DNA of 64,000 nucleotides from an uncultured virus (IMG/VR IMGVR_UViG_3300031565_000019) (taxonomy: Duplodnaviria; Heunggongvirae; Uroviricota; Caudoviricetes). The stretch is taken from IMG/VR virus record IMGVR_UViG_3300031565_000019; one strand, 5' to 3'. A program made the position numbers and the translations under genes. Below, in pieces: positions 37,767 through 48,100 of this stretch (positions are counted from its first letter, which is position 1; each line of letters begins with the position of its first letter). The notes under the pieces are model-generated. The model did not search any database, was not told where the DNA came from, and saw only the letters and a program-made list of their open reading frames with translations.

Positions 37767-38922
37767 AACATCGAATGTTTATTTTAAAAATCTGGAAGCG
37801 AAAACCAGATATGTATTCGACGAGGGAGGGACAAGATCAACAAAGACATATTCATTAAATCAGGTATGTTATACGTTGGCAGGTGAGAGCTCAAAGCCTA
37901 TCATCGTCAGTATAGTATCAGAGACAATGCCTCATCTACGCAAAGGAGCAATGAGGGATTTTTTCAATTTCCTTAAAGAGAACAATCTGTATTTTGAAAA
38001 GGATCACAATAAATCAGATAATATCTACCGGGTCAATAATTCTATAGTTGAATTTTTTTCAGTTGACATGCCGGGTAAAGTACATGGCCCGGAACGTGAT
38101 TATCTTTTTGTTAATGAACTTCAATATATTGATTACGAGACTTTCTTTCATCTGGCACAGCGGACCAGGAGACAAATATTTGCAGACTGGAATCCTGTTA
38201 GTGAATTTTGGGTTTATGATCAGTATATAAACAATCCACAATACAAAGATGATATTACCGTAATTCATTCGACGTTATATGATAATCCTTTTTTGGCTGA
38301 AGAAATTAAAAGAGATATTTTATTACGAGCTGAGCGTGATCCGAATTATAAACGAGTATATCTTGAAGGGTTAATTGGTCAGCTCGAAGGTGTTATCTAT
38401 CCTAACTGGAGATATTTTGATGAGGATGAATTATGGCCTGTTCATTTACCTTATGGCTTTGGCCTCGATTTTGGCTTCCATCCTGATCCTGATGCAATGG
38501 TTAAGATTGCAATAGATGAGAAGAATAAGAAGATTTATGCAAAGGAATGTTTCTATTTAAACGAACTATTAATATATGATTTGAAAAAAGAAGTAGGGTT
38601 ATATGCAAAATCACATAATTTAATCATTGCAGATAGTGCAAGTCCACGAATGATTACTGAATTGAGGAATACACCATTTAACATTAAGGGTGTCTTAAAA
38701 CCAGAGGGTAGCGTTATAGAGGGCATCCGGCTCGTTCAGGATTATGATATCATCACAGACAAGGAATCTATCAATCTTGTTAAAGAGCTCCGCAATTATA
38801 CCTGGAATGACAAAAAAGCAGGTATTCCAAATAAGGGATGGAATCATTTACTTGACGGAATAAGATATTATACACAAAGTACAACAGCAAGAAAAGTATC
38901 ACATCAGCAATGGCGAGGATAA
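37750..38922 (+). CDS. terL: terminase large subunit, PBSX-like, module 2
   Basis: 'EGGTRSTKTYS' Walker A, 'LFVNE', 'DWNP', 'GLDFGF..DP', 'ADSA.P' and 'NHLLDGIRY'. Confidence 0.93.
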   Translation: MNLKIKTSNVYFKNLEAKTRYVFDEGGTRSTKTYSLNQVCYTLAGESSKPIIVSIVSETMPHLRKGAMRDFFNFLKENNLYFEKDHNKSDNIYRVNNSIVEFFSVDMPGKVHGPERDYLFVNELQYIDYETFFHLAQRTRRQIFADWNPVSEFWVYDQYINNPQYKDDITVIHSTLYDNPFLAEEIKRDILLRAERDPNYKRVYLEGLIGQLEGVIYPNWRYFDEDELWPVHLPYGFGLDFGFHPDPDAMVKIAIDEKNKKIYAKECFYLNELLIYDLKKEVGLYAKSHNLIIADSASPRMITELRNTPFNIKGVLKPEGSVIEGIRLVQDYDIITDKESINLVKELRNYTWNDKKAGIPNKGWNHLLDGIRYYTQSTTARKVSHQQWRG

Positions 38923-39000
38923 GAAATATAGAAATATTAAAAAACTTTCTTAAAAAATAGTAAAAATCTTAACTTCTCCATATTTTATGGATTACAAACG

Positions 39001-39614
39001 TCGCAAACGCCCACTAAATGGGGGGATGTAAAAACAGGAAAATACAAAAATTGTAAAGTTATTTGAGGTTGGATGGACTTTTTAAAAAGAGTTAAAAAAT
39101 TAAAAGTTATTCTTTGGGTGAAATACTTTTTGTAAAACTTCCGAAAGTGAAAAGTTATTCTTTGACTTCCACGCTTTTTAAAAAAGTATGAAAACAAAAA
39201 AGTATATCTCTTACAACTGAACTTTTTAAAAAAAGTTGATTACAGAAAAGTTAATCTTTCAGTGTTGGACTTTTTAAAAAAGATTCAGATTTTAAAAGTA
39301 TAACTATAACAACAAAACTTTTCAGAAAAGTTTAAAACTGAAAAAGTTATTTCATTCCGGGTGAACTTTTAAAAAAAGTTTTGAAAAAAAAGATTCAATC
39401 TTTCGCTGACGAACTTTTTAAAAAAGTTTATTTTTGAAAAGTATATCTTTGAAAGTTGAAAGGTTTTGAAAAGTTCAGAAACAAAAAAGTTAATCTTCAA
39501 AAGTTAGAAGGTATAAAAAAGTTTCACTTTAAAAAAGTATAGCTTGCTCCGCTGAACTTTACAAAAATTGCTAAATTTGAACGTCGCAAACGCCCATATA
39601 ATGCCAATGTTTAA
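39001..39614. repeat. array B: 11 degenerate 48-bp units bracketed by dyad sites
   Basis: Anchor at 39058, 39106, 39154, 39202, 39250, 39298, 39346, 39394, 39441, 39489 and 39537 (one 47-bp step). TCGCAAACGCCCA at 39001-39013 and 39584-39596. Confidence 0.9.
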
Positions 39615-39651
39615 AATGAAAAAACAGAGAAAACAGGATTTTTGATTAAAA

Positions 39652-40302
39652 ATGAAAGAAAAAATAAGAAATATAGAAAAACTTACACTCAAAGAAATGA
39701 TGTGCAATTTTGAGTTGTATTCCGGTATTTCTGATGGTTTGATATTGCTTCCTGTTCCCGAATATTTTAAGTTAGGATCACAACACTTGCCGGTACCAGA
39801 GACATTAGATGACTTCACAGAGAATATATGTTACGGTCAGAGGATGTTTTTATCACAAAATGAGGACAATGATTTCGGTGTTATCTTCAGGGTGATAGAT
39901 GGTTATTACTATCCGTTATCAACAAATAAAAAATGGGATGCTGATAAAGCACTTTTATTCGGAAAAAATGCTTTATTTTGCAAGGTCAAAGAAATATATC
40001 CCATTGCTATGCATCTGATAAAACTGGTAAGTGAAATGGCAGACAGGGAACAATTACTCCTTCACCGGGAACCATCAAAGATTGAGCTGGCCGCCGGGAT
40101 TGAAAAGCTCAACATTTTTTCTGAATTAAGTTCGCTGGATTTCCTTAGGGATGCAATGAAAATCACAGTAGAAGAAGTCTTGTTAACGCCTTATAAGGAA
40201 TGTCTGGTCAGGTTCATGATGGCCAAAGAAACAAATGATTACCGGGAGCGTTATTTCGAGTTAATTCAGGAAGAAGCAAAATCTAAATTGAAGCGCAAAT
40301 AA
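39652..40302 (+). CDS. conserved phage protein after TerL (possible tail-assembly chaperone)
   Basis: 'P...E.AAGIE.L..F' pattern of Bacteroidota phage genes in this position. Confidence 0.55.
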   Translation: MKEKIRNIEKLTLKEMMCNFELYSGISDGLILLPVPEYFKLGSQHLPVPETLDDFTENICYGQRMFLSQNEDNDFGVIFRVIDGYYYPLSTNKKWDADKALLFGKNALFCKVKEIYPIAMHLIKLVSEMADREQLLLHREPSKIELAAGIEKLNIFSELSSLDFLRDAMKITVEEVLLTPYKECLVRFMMAKETNDYRERYFELIQEEAKSKLKRK

Positions 40303-40329
40303 TTTATAAACCAATTAAAACTTAAAATT

Positions 40330-40617
40330 ATGAGCAAATTGAAATTTCCAAAAGACACAAAAGAAATATTTAAAAGAGAGTTACTTGATTTTTTATGTTG
40401 GCATGAAAATAACCGTAATGAACGAGGACATTTAGTTTTATCTCCAATAGTAGATGAATATATAGAATTTATATCGAAAGAATCCCTACCTTGCAAGGAA
40501 GCAGAATATGAATTATGTCCTGTTTGTTTAGGTGAAAAACAATTAAATAATGATGAATTAGGTTGGTTGCCATGTGCTGGATGTTATGGCGAGGGATGGA
40601 TAAAAATTAAAAGATGA
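40330..40617 (+). CDS. hypothetical protein with DnaJ-type CxxCxGxG Zn motif
   Basis: CPVCLGE...CAGCYGEG. Confidence 0.55.
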   Translation: MSKLKFPKDTKEIFKRELLDFLCWHENNRNERGHLVLSPIVDEYIEFISKESLPCKEAEYELCPVCLGEKQLNNDELGWLPCAGCYGEGWIKIKR

Positions 40618-41054
40618 TAACAGCAAAACTTAAAACAATACTAACTGCCTCAGGTTGTACGCTGGTTCTCTATGAGCAGCAGCAGCTTATAAACCTATAT
40701 ACAGATAGGAGCGACCAATATGATGTAATAGGTCTGATCATACAACCTAATGATGTGATCCTGGAAGTGAGGGCTAATGCAATACAGGAACATTTTAATC
40801 CTTTAATTATCGAAATCATGCAACAAGTTAGACTCGAAGACAAGGCTGAAAATAATGAAACACAATTTCAGTTGCTTCTTGACATTTGCAAAGAAATAAT
40901 TATAAGGCTTATAGATGAAGCGGAATATAAGACTATCACTCCGGTAACTGTATATAAAATTCTTGAATCGAAATATGATGCAAATGTCATTGGATGGTCT
41001 ATGCCGCTCAATCTGTACTGGCTTAAAAACGAAACACGTGATCCTTGTTTATAA
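40614..41054 (+). CDS. putative tail terminator/completion protein
   Basis: 'YDANVIGW' C-terminal motif, size and context. Confidence 0.5.
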   Translation: MITAKLKTILTASGCTLVLYEQQQLINLYTDRSDQYDVIGLIIQPNDVILEVRANAIQEHFNPLIIEIMQQVRLEDKAENNETQFQLLLDICKEIIIRLIDEAEYKTITPVTVYKILESKYDANVIGWSMPLNLYWLKNETRDPCL

Positions 41055-41072
41055 ATCTTAAAAACTAAAACT

Positions 41073-41255
41073 ATGAAAACATTTAATTTATTATTAAGAC
41101 TTATTTCCGGTATTATATTTATTATCGGATGTTTTTGTGTTGGACATTTTGCAGGAAAAGAAAATATTGCTCTTGAAGTAATGTTTTCTTTTATATCAAT
41201 AATTTCATTTATTATATTTTATGTTGGGAAAGAAAAAAGTAATGAAGGGGATTGA
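41073..41255 (+). CDS. small two-TM membrane protein
   Basis: Hydrophobic 60-aa ORF. Confidence 0.5.
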   Translation: MKTFNLLLRLISGIIFIIGCFCVGHFAGKENIALEVMFSFISIISFIIFYVGKEKSNEGD

Positions 41256-41694
41256 TTTAAAGCCGGAACTAGAAGAGCTAATAAAGAACATCAGTCAGAA
41301 GAATGGCTATTATGGCAATAAGATACCTGATTCTATAATGAAGATGTTCGAAGTTGAGATAAGAGAAGATGGAGCGGGAGTCCTGGTTCCTTATTGGTTG
41401 GGGGTTTTGGAAAGAGGCCGTGGGCCACGTCTAAGAACAAAAGATTACAAATTATATTTAAAGATAAAGAGGTGGATGGCGCAACGTGGGATGTTGAAAT
41501 CAAAGACGACAAAAGGGCGGGATAACGAAGCAAAGGCAATGACATGGTATATTAACAAATATGGTAATAAGCAATTTAATAAAGGCAACCCGATATTTGT
41601 TGACGTTTACACAATGGAGCGTAAAAAAACTATTGAGAAGATAAATAATAAGTTCGCATTAACGATTGGTAATATAACAATGCAAGTGATATGA
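41221..41694 (+). CDS. neck/tail-completion-like protein (likely start 41242)
   Basis: 'LERGRGP...I.RW...RG...A....I..YG' pattern. Confidence 0.6.
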   Translation: MLGKKKVMKGIDLKPELEELIKNISQKNGYYGNKIPDSIMKMFEVEIREDGAGVLVPYWLGVLERGRGPRLRTKDYKLYLKIKRWMAQRGMLKSKTTKGRDNEAKAMTWYINKYGNKQFNKGNPIFVDVYTMERKKTIEKINNKFALTIGNITMQVI

Positions 41695-41906
41695 TAACAG
41701 CAAAATATTTTAAAAAATTGGTAGTTAATGATGTGGAATACACAGATATAATGATAATACCATCTTGGTTATTAAAATCAATTTTAAGATATGATGATGA
41801 ATTATTAAAACAGAATTATAATTCATTAACTGATTATGGTAAAGGAATAGTGAATACTTTAAAGGAACAACATACTATATTATCAATTAATTCAGATACG
41901 CAATGA
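41691..41906 (+). CDS. hypothetical protein
   Basis: ATGA overlaps on both sides. Confidence 0.45.
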   Translation: MITAKYFKKLVVNDVEYTDIMIIPSWLLKSILRYDDELLKQNYNSLTDYGKGIVNTLKEQHTILSINSDTQ

Positions 41907-42889
41907 TAACTTTAATTTCCACTCCTGAGTATGTTGAACAGTTATTACCGAAGATATTATGCAGATGGGTCGCAACGGAAAGTCCCAATAACTTTCGTTT
42001 ATTACGACAGGATTTCCCTGTATTAACAGCAGCGGAAAACGCAGGTGCTTTAAGATTAACTGTTGCTGCGGGTACATTCACAGGACAGGTCGGGAATATT
42101 ATAACTGTCTATAACAGGACGCTCGATGCAATGTATTCCGGCATGGTACAGGCAGGATCAACAACCACCATTATAGATACTGACATAGGATTTATTGACG
42201 GTTTCAATCCATCGGATTACCTGCTTAATCCCGATAGGGACTTTGCTTATTTTAATGACAACACGTTACATGCCGGATATTATTTTGAAGGTGAAATGAC
42301 CATAAACGGAATTCCTCATCCTTTAACTATCATAGCTTCGCCTGATTCGTTTGGTTATGCTGACCTTGATGTATCAGGGATTTTAAGGATAATAACCACA
42401 CTCGGGAAGGTCGGAGATTACACAGAACTAATAATGGCCGAGACGAATAAGTCCGGTAACTTCTCTTTGGCATACCGTGAATGTTGGTATGGATCGAGTG
42501 AAACGTGGATTGCTGCCGAGGGTTCTCCGCCTGTCCTTTGGTATTATGGGGAGGCAGTCAGAAGCGAGGAGCAGGGATCGAATCTGCATGAATACGAGGC
42601 TGATGATGTAAATGATGCTCCATTCTTTAATTCATTTGACAGGCCAGTTTATTTTGCGGGACTCCCTTTTGATCTTACATTTATCCTTCCTGAACGAGCA
42701 TTAATATCACCTGTGGGAGAATTAAGGGTAACAATAAGAAAATACAACTCTGCAAATACTTTGTTGAGTGAAGATATTATTGACTTTCCTGCTGATTATC
42801 TCGAAGGGCATCTCTGTTCACTCACCATTGATCCGGCAGGGATAGAGGAATATGCATCATATTTCACCGCAGAAATAACAGCTCCATAA
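41903..42889 (+). CDS. putative tail structural protein
   Basis: Acidic beta-rich protein heading the module 2 tail operon. Confidence 0.55.
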   Translation: MITLISTPEYVEQLLPKILCRWVATESPNNFRLLRQDFPVLTAAENAGALRLTVAAGTFTGQVGNIITVYNRTLDAMYSGMVQAGSTTTIIDTDIGFIDGFNPSDYLLNPDRDFAYFNDNTLHAGYYFEGEMTINGIPHPLTIIASPDSFGYADLDVSGILRIITTLGKVGDYTELIMAETNKSGNFSLAYRECWYGSSETWIAAEGSPPVLWYYGEAVRSEEQGSNLHEYEADDVNDAPFFNSFDRPVYFAGLPFDLTFILPERALISPVGELRVTIRKYNSANTLLSEDIIDFPADYLEGHLCSLTIDPAGIEEYASYFTAEITAP

Positions 42890-44907
42890 TGGGATTCGGA
42901 TTAAATCTATATGAACTTGTAAGGATTCCAATAAGCCGGAGATGCAATGGCTATTATCTTCGCTGGTATTATAATGGCTGGCATTACTGGTTATGGCATC
43001 CCGGCAGAATAGTTTTTATTACCGAAGGGGAGAAATACAGGACATTAGGAACGCAAACGCTAACAATAGGTTCAGGCCAGATAACAGAAGAACAGGTCAG
43101 ATCAATACGCACGATAAAGAACACTAAGGAAATCAATATCTATACTGATTCAGGCTGGGGTGTAGTGCGCCTTATTCCCGGCAGCGTCATAACATACAAT
43201 AATCAGATACATGGCTACGAAGTAGAGATCACTATAATCATAGGCAGCAAACAGATCTCAAGAGACGGGTTTAGTCCTGCAATATCTATCCCGGTTGTTG
43301 ATCCTTCTTATGAGTATTGTGAAACAATGTGTATTGGAGATCAGATTTGGATGTGTAAGAATTATGATTCCTATTATCCGGGCAGCAGGGTTTACAATAA
43401 TGATGAAGATAACAGGGCTGAATACGGAGGGCTTTATAAGCATAATCAGGTCATGGCTTCTGGATTCGTTCCGGCAGGTTGGAAGGTGCCGACAATAGCA
43501 GAATGGACTACATTGATAACTGAATGCGGTGGGGTTTTAGTTGCAGGGGGTGAATTAAAGGAAATAGGCACAACTCACTGGAATGCTCCTAATACAGGTG
43601 CGGTTGATACTTATAATTTTTCAGCATTAGGTGGAGGCAGATATGGATTCCTGCTCGGAGTGGGAACGCAATATCATTATTTTAAAGTTTATGGGTTTTT
43701 CTGGGCACAGGATGGTTTTATAAGAATGGATTATGATAGTGCAGAGATAACAGTTGGGACAGGAATTATTTTGCCAGGCGAGTATTATTCTGTCAGATTA
43801 TTAAGAATCGAACCTTGTATTATAACTCCTATTAAAAATGGATTGCTTTATAACTGGTATATGGCAAAAGGGCTTAATGATTGGTTTTTGCCTTCCAGAG
43901 ATGAACTAAATGCGATGTATGTTAATTTACATTCAGTAGGATTTGGAGGATTTTCTAATGGTTCTTATCATTCTTCAAGTGAATATAATGATGTTTATAT
44001 GCATTATCAAATATTTCTCAATGGAAATCAATCATATTCAGGTAAAGCAAGTGTTTTTCATGTAAGGGCTTGTAGATCATTTGAAGGAGAATTAGGTGAA
44101 TATTCATTACGTGATGTTGGACAGACAGGTGGTTTGATATTTTATATTAATGGCACGACATATTACGAGGCAGCTCCATCAGATCAACACGATTCCCATG
44201 TATGGAGTAATATTGTTAATGTTTTAGTTGGAACAAATACAGCGATAGGCACTGGAAAGGCAAATACTACAGCAATAATTAATCAGGAAGGTCATATAGA
44301 GAGCGCAGCTAAACTTTGTGATGATTTATCTTCTGATGAAAATAATATAGCTCCTGCGGGTTGGCATGTACCTACTGATGTTGATTGGAATGAATTAGCA
44401 ACATTTGTTGGAGGATCAGGAATAGCTGGCGGAATATTAAAAGAAATGGGATTAACATATTGGCTAACTCCCAATACAGGGGCATCAAACGACTATGGAT
44501 TTTCTGCACGGGGAGCAGGCGAACGTTCTGGTAATACTGGAGTTTTTCAAAGTATTTTATCAATGAGTAGGATATGGTCAATAGATGAATATTCGCCGAC
44601 AAATGGCAAATTTATATTAATGGAATATAATACTGACAATACTACACTCACAAGTACAAATAAAAAAGCTGGTCAATCAATTCGTTTAATAAAAGATGAT
44701 AGTAATGACCCCGGGACAATGACTGGCAATGATGGGAAAATATATGCCACAATTAAGATAGGTAATCAGGTATGGTTATCCCGTAATCTTGCAGAGACAA
44801 AAGATAGAAACGGAAATACAATTCCAGAGGTGACAGATAATGTCGCTTGGCTTGCTTTAGAAACAGGGGCGCTTTGTGCTTATGATAATGACTGGGATAA
44901 TGTATGA
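42889..44907 (+). CDS. tail-associated protein with FISUMP (Fib_succ_major) and DUF1566/Lcl-like C-type-lectin-fold domains
   Basis: 'IGDQIWM.KN', 'YGGLY', 'PAGW.VPT..EW..L' and 'SVRL'; 'DWFLPSRDEL..MY', 'SSSEY' and 'VRACRSF'. Confidence 0.8.
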   Translation: MGFGLNLYELVRIPISRRCNGYYLRWYYNGWHYWLWHPGRIVFITEGEKYRTLGTQTLTIGSGQITEEQVRSIRTIKNTKEINIYTDSGWGVVRLIPGSVITYNNQIHGYEVEITIIIGSKQISRDGFSPAISIPVVDPSYEYCETMCIGDQIWMCKNYDSYYPGSRVYNNDEDNRAEYGGLYKHNQVMASGFVPAGWKVPTIAEWTTLITECGGVLVAGGELKEIGTTHWNAPNTGAVDTYNFSALGGGRYGFLLGVGTQYHYFKVYGFFWAQDGFIRMDYDSAEITVGTGIILPGEYYSVRLLRIEPCIITPIKNGLLYNWYMAKGLNDWFLPSRDELNAMYVNLHSVGFGGFSNGSYHSSSEYNDVYMHYQIFLNGNQSYSGKASVFHVRACRSFEGELGEYSLRDVGQTGGLIFYINGTTYYEAAPSDQHDSHVWSNIVNVLVGTNTAIGTGKANTTAIINQEGHIESAAKLCDDLSSDENNIAPAGWHVPTDVDWNELATFVGGSGIAGGILKEMGLTYWLTPNTGASNDYGFSARGAGERSGNTGVFQSILSMSRIWSIDEYSPTNGKFILMEYNTDNTTLTSTNKKAGQSIRLIKDDSNDPGTMTGNDGKIYATIKIGNQVWLSRNLAETKDRNGNTIPEVTDNVAWLALETGALCAYDNDWDNV

Positions 44908-45178
44908 GATAGCAAAAATATCATTAATAGCTTTTATGTTCTGTGCTTTAGGGCAGAAGAAAGGAGATATATTTCATTGGTATCAGAGGTTATTAAAACG
45001 ATTACCTGTCTATGTCGGCAAACCTTTTGGTTCATGTTACAAATGCTTTACAGGGCAGGTTTGTCTTTGGTATTTCGTAATCACAAAACCATTTAAGATA
45101 ATTGAACTCTTATTTTTCGTTTCAGCAGGGATAATGATTGCAATGATTTATAATAAATTTTATTGTTTGATTAAATAA
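44876..45178 (+). CDS. small membrane protein with CxxC (DUF1360-like; likely start 44900)
   Basis: 'KPFGSCYKCFTGQ' between hydrophobic segments. Confidence 0.55.
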   Translation: MLMIMTGIMYEIAKISLIAFMFCALGQKKGDIFHWYQRLLKRLPVYVGKPFGSCYKCFTGQVCLWYFVITKPFKIIELLFFVSAGIMIAMIYNKFYCLIK

Positions 45179-48100
45179 TGGCAACCTATTACATAGCAAC
45201 TCCCGCAAATGGGGGTGATGATGCTCACTCAGGTACGATTGGCGAACCGTGGGCAACATGGCAAAAGGGTTTTGAATCTCTTGTCGCAGGAGATACTTTA
45301 TATATCGGAGGTGGTGAATATTTAACAATCGGTTCACTTAAATCAGGTGAGTTCGTAGGTGTCTATGAAGGTACACACAGCGGAGCTCCAGGCAATTTTA
45401 TTAATGTCTTTGCTGCTCCTGGTGAAGTACCGATACTGAATTGTATTGGTATTGTTGAACCGTCTATCAATCATAACGGAATTCTTTTAGAGAATATTAA
45501 TTACTGGCATATTAAAGGGCTGAGAATCAGAAATGTCAAAGAGGCAACTGGGAAACTTGCCATAGGGATTAATTTATATAAAGTCTGTAATTCAACATTT
45601 GAGAACTTACAAATATATGATAATGGAAGCGGGTTTGTTGCTTCGGGTTTCTGTGATGGAAACCTTGTAAAAAATTGTGACTCGTATGATAATCAAGATT
45701 TCACAGACGGGGGAAATTTTGCGGATGGTTTTACATTTGGTCTTTATGGTGCCGGTGCTGCTTGTCATAATGTTTTTGATGGCTGTAGGGCATGGCATAA
45801 TTCGGATGATGGTTTTGATTGTTATAGTTCTGATGGTTCTTATCGGGGTGGTTATATAACATATAAGAATTGCTGGTCATTCAATAATGGCTATACAGGA
45901 GGTAATGGAGCAGGATTTAAGGCTGGTCAGTCTTATTCTCCTAAAGAAATAGGGATTCAAAGAACATATCAGAACTGTCTGTCATTTAATAACAGCGGAT
46001 ATGGATTTGATGAATCTCAGGATATTGCAGCTTATATGGATATGAACCTATTCAATAACGTTGCATATAATAATGGTAATGATGGGTTTGCATTTGGCTA
46101 TACGGCTGGTGGAGGTGTGATAACACTTAGGAATAATATTGCATACCTGGATAATGTTGGATTAAGAGTTGATTGTGTGCATGATCATAATTCATGGGAT
46201 AGTGCTGTCACCGTTACCGATGATGACTTCTTGTCTGTTGATACAGCAGGAACCGACGGAGCACGACAACCTGACGGCAGCTTACCTGATCTTAATTTCT
46301 TGAAATTGGCAGATGGAAGTGATTTAATAAATGCAGGTGTAGATGTCGGATTGCCCTTTGAAGGTATAGCACCCGATTTAGGCGCTTTTGAATATTCATC
46401 CAAGGGAAGTCCCCCGGTAGTTCCTATAACATGTTCAGAGTCTGATGTTGATTTTATAGAGACAGCAGGCAGTTTCTATGAAATATCACCCGGTGTTTGG
46501 GGAAATGGAACAGGTTATGGAAGTTCGGATAGTTATCTTGATGTTTCAAATGACGGATATTATGCAGCAATTTATGCAGCCAAAACGGCTAATTATAATT
46601 CTGTAATTGGCCTGGATCATCTTAATACACTTATGGATTATTCCAGTTTTGATTATGCTTTGTATGTAAACTCTGATGATTTATACAGGTGTATAGTTAA
46701 TGGTTCGTATATTGATCTTGCAATAGCAGCAGTTCCCGGTGAAAGATATGCTTTATTCAGGAATGGTGATGTTATTACTGCAAAATATTATGGGGGTGGG
46801 GAATGGCATACGCTTTACGTTTTTCCGGCAACAACTAATGATCCGCTTTATATTAAGGGATCTTTAGCAATGGCTGACAAGACGCTTGTTAATCCAGTTT
46901 GTTGTACTACTATAACCAGTCCTCCTGTATCGCCTCCAGTTAGTCCACCAGTATCACCCCCGGTAAGTCCACCTGTTTCACCTCCCGTGAGTCCTCCGAT
47001 AAGTCCTCCCGTGGAACCACCAGTTAGTCCTCCAGTTTACAGAACGCCTGTAAAAATTGGAGATATTAAGGTATTAATATCTCGATGTGCTGAAGGAATA
47101 TATTTACGCTGGTATTTTAATGGCTGGCATTATTTTAACTTCCAGAATGGTTATGATATAACTATGCAAACCGAAAGCATGGGAATCCAGGTAACTAATT
47201 TCTTTTCGGTTATTTCAAAGATAGAACGTGACACGAGAATAAAATCTGAATATGCATATCAGGTAACATTGCATGGGATCACTCCCGAAAACGTTCCGGG
47301 TTTTACGGGATTGTTGCTGGCGGAGCAGGTCGAACAATACGAAGATGAGCAATGGAGAATTGTTGAAATTACCAGAGGCGATCATCTGATAAAAGAGGAA
47401 GGGACGAATGGGTATATCCTTGATTTTGAAATTACCAGAAAGGAACTACCTGATTCGTCTTCGGTTTATCAAAAGAATTTAAGGCTTTATATCGGGGACA
47501 CTCTTTGTGATATGGATGATGACGAAGTTATACCTGTAAACAAGCAAGTAAATAATATTGCGGAAATGCAGGATAGGCAGTCTGACTTCACGGCTCAGTT
47601 CAAAATACGAAAGACACGGGCGATGCGGGCTCTTTTCGAGTTGTCCGGAGAGGTCGGAGCGAATACTCTCTTCCCTTATCGGCAGCACGAATGCCGGGTT
47701 GTTCAGGATAATATAGAAATGATTACCAATGGCATATTAATACTTGAGAGAGTTGATGATCAGTATTATTATGTCTCAATCTCTTCCGGGAATATGAATT
47801 TTTTCAAGACTATTGAAACATTAAAATTATCTGATCTAACATTGGCTGGGATGGTACATAATTGGAATGCAACTTTTATGGCATCCACGCACGCTTGCAC
47901 GAGTCCTAATTGTGATATTGTATATCCGTTATGCGAGCCTTCAGATGATGGCAGTATTGCACCCCTTACAGATGATGGGGACAAGGTAGAGATGTACGGA
48001 GGTTGGATATGGCCTTTTTGCCGGGTGAAAGCTATATGGGAAGAAATATTTGAGAACGCAGGATATACTATTACGGGTGGTGATATTCTTGACAGTGATA

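Noticed and set aside
38985..39600. 48-bp arrays as a 16-aa repeat protein, or as CRISPR
   Set aside because: The ORF track shows no frame spanning either array; the 70-aa minus ORF is closed upstream by a stop at 39240-39242. One 47-bp step breaks frame, and repeats are too degenerate with variable parts too short for CRISPR.
32991..39603. TIGR guides targeting the ends of the 48-bp elements
   Set aside because: Only 6-7-nt coincidences (GAACGT, GGATGT, TGCCAA) without the adjacent second half; expected by chance.
39652..40302. Candidate Tas/Nop-domain effector near the arrays
   Set aside because: No Nop/IS110-like motifs; it resembles the usual post-terminase protein of Bacteroidota phages.
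42889..44907. Diversity-generating retroelement
   Set aside because: Target-type domains are present, but no reverse transcriptase or adenine-variant template repeat was seen in the window.
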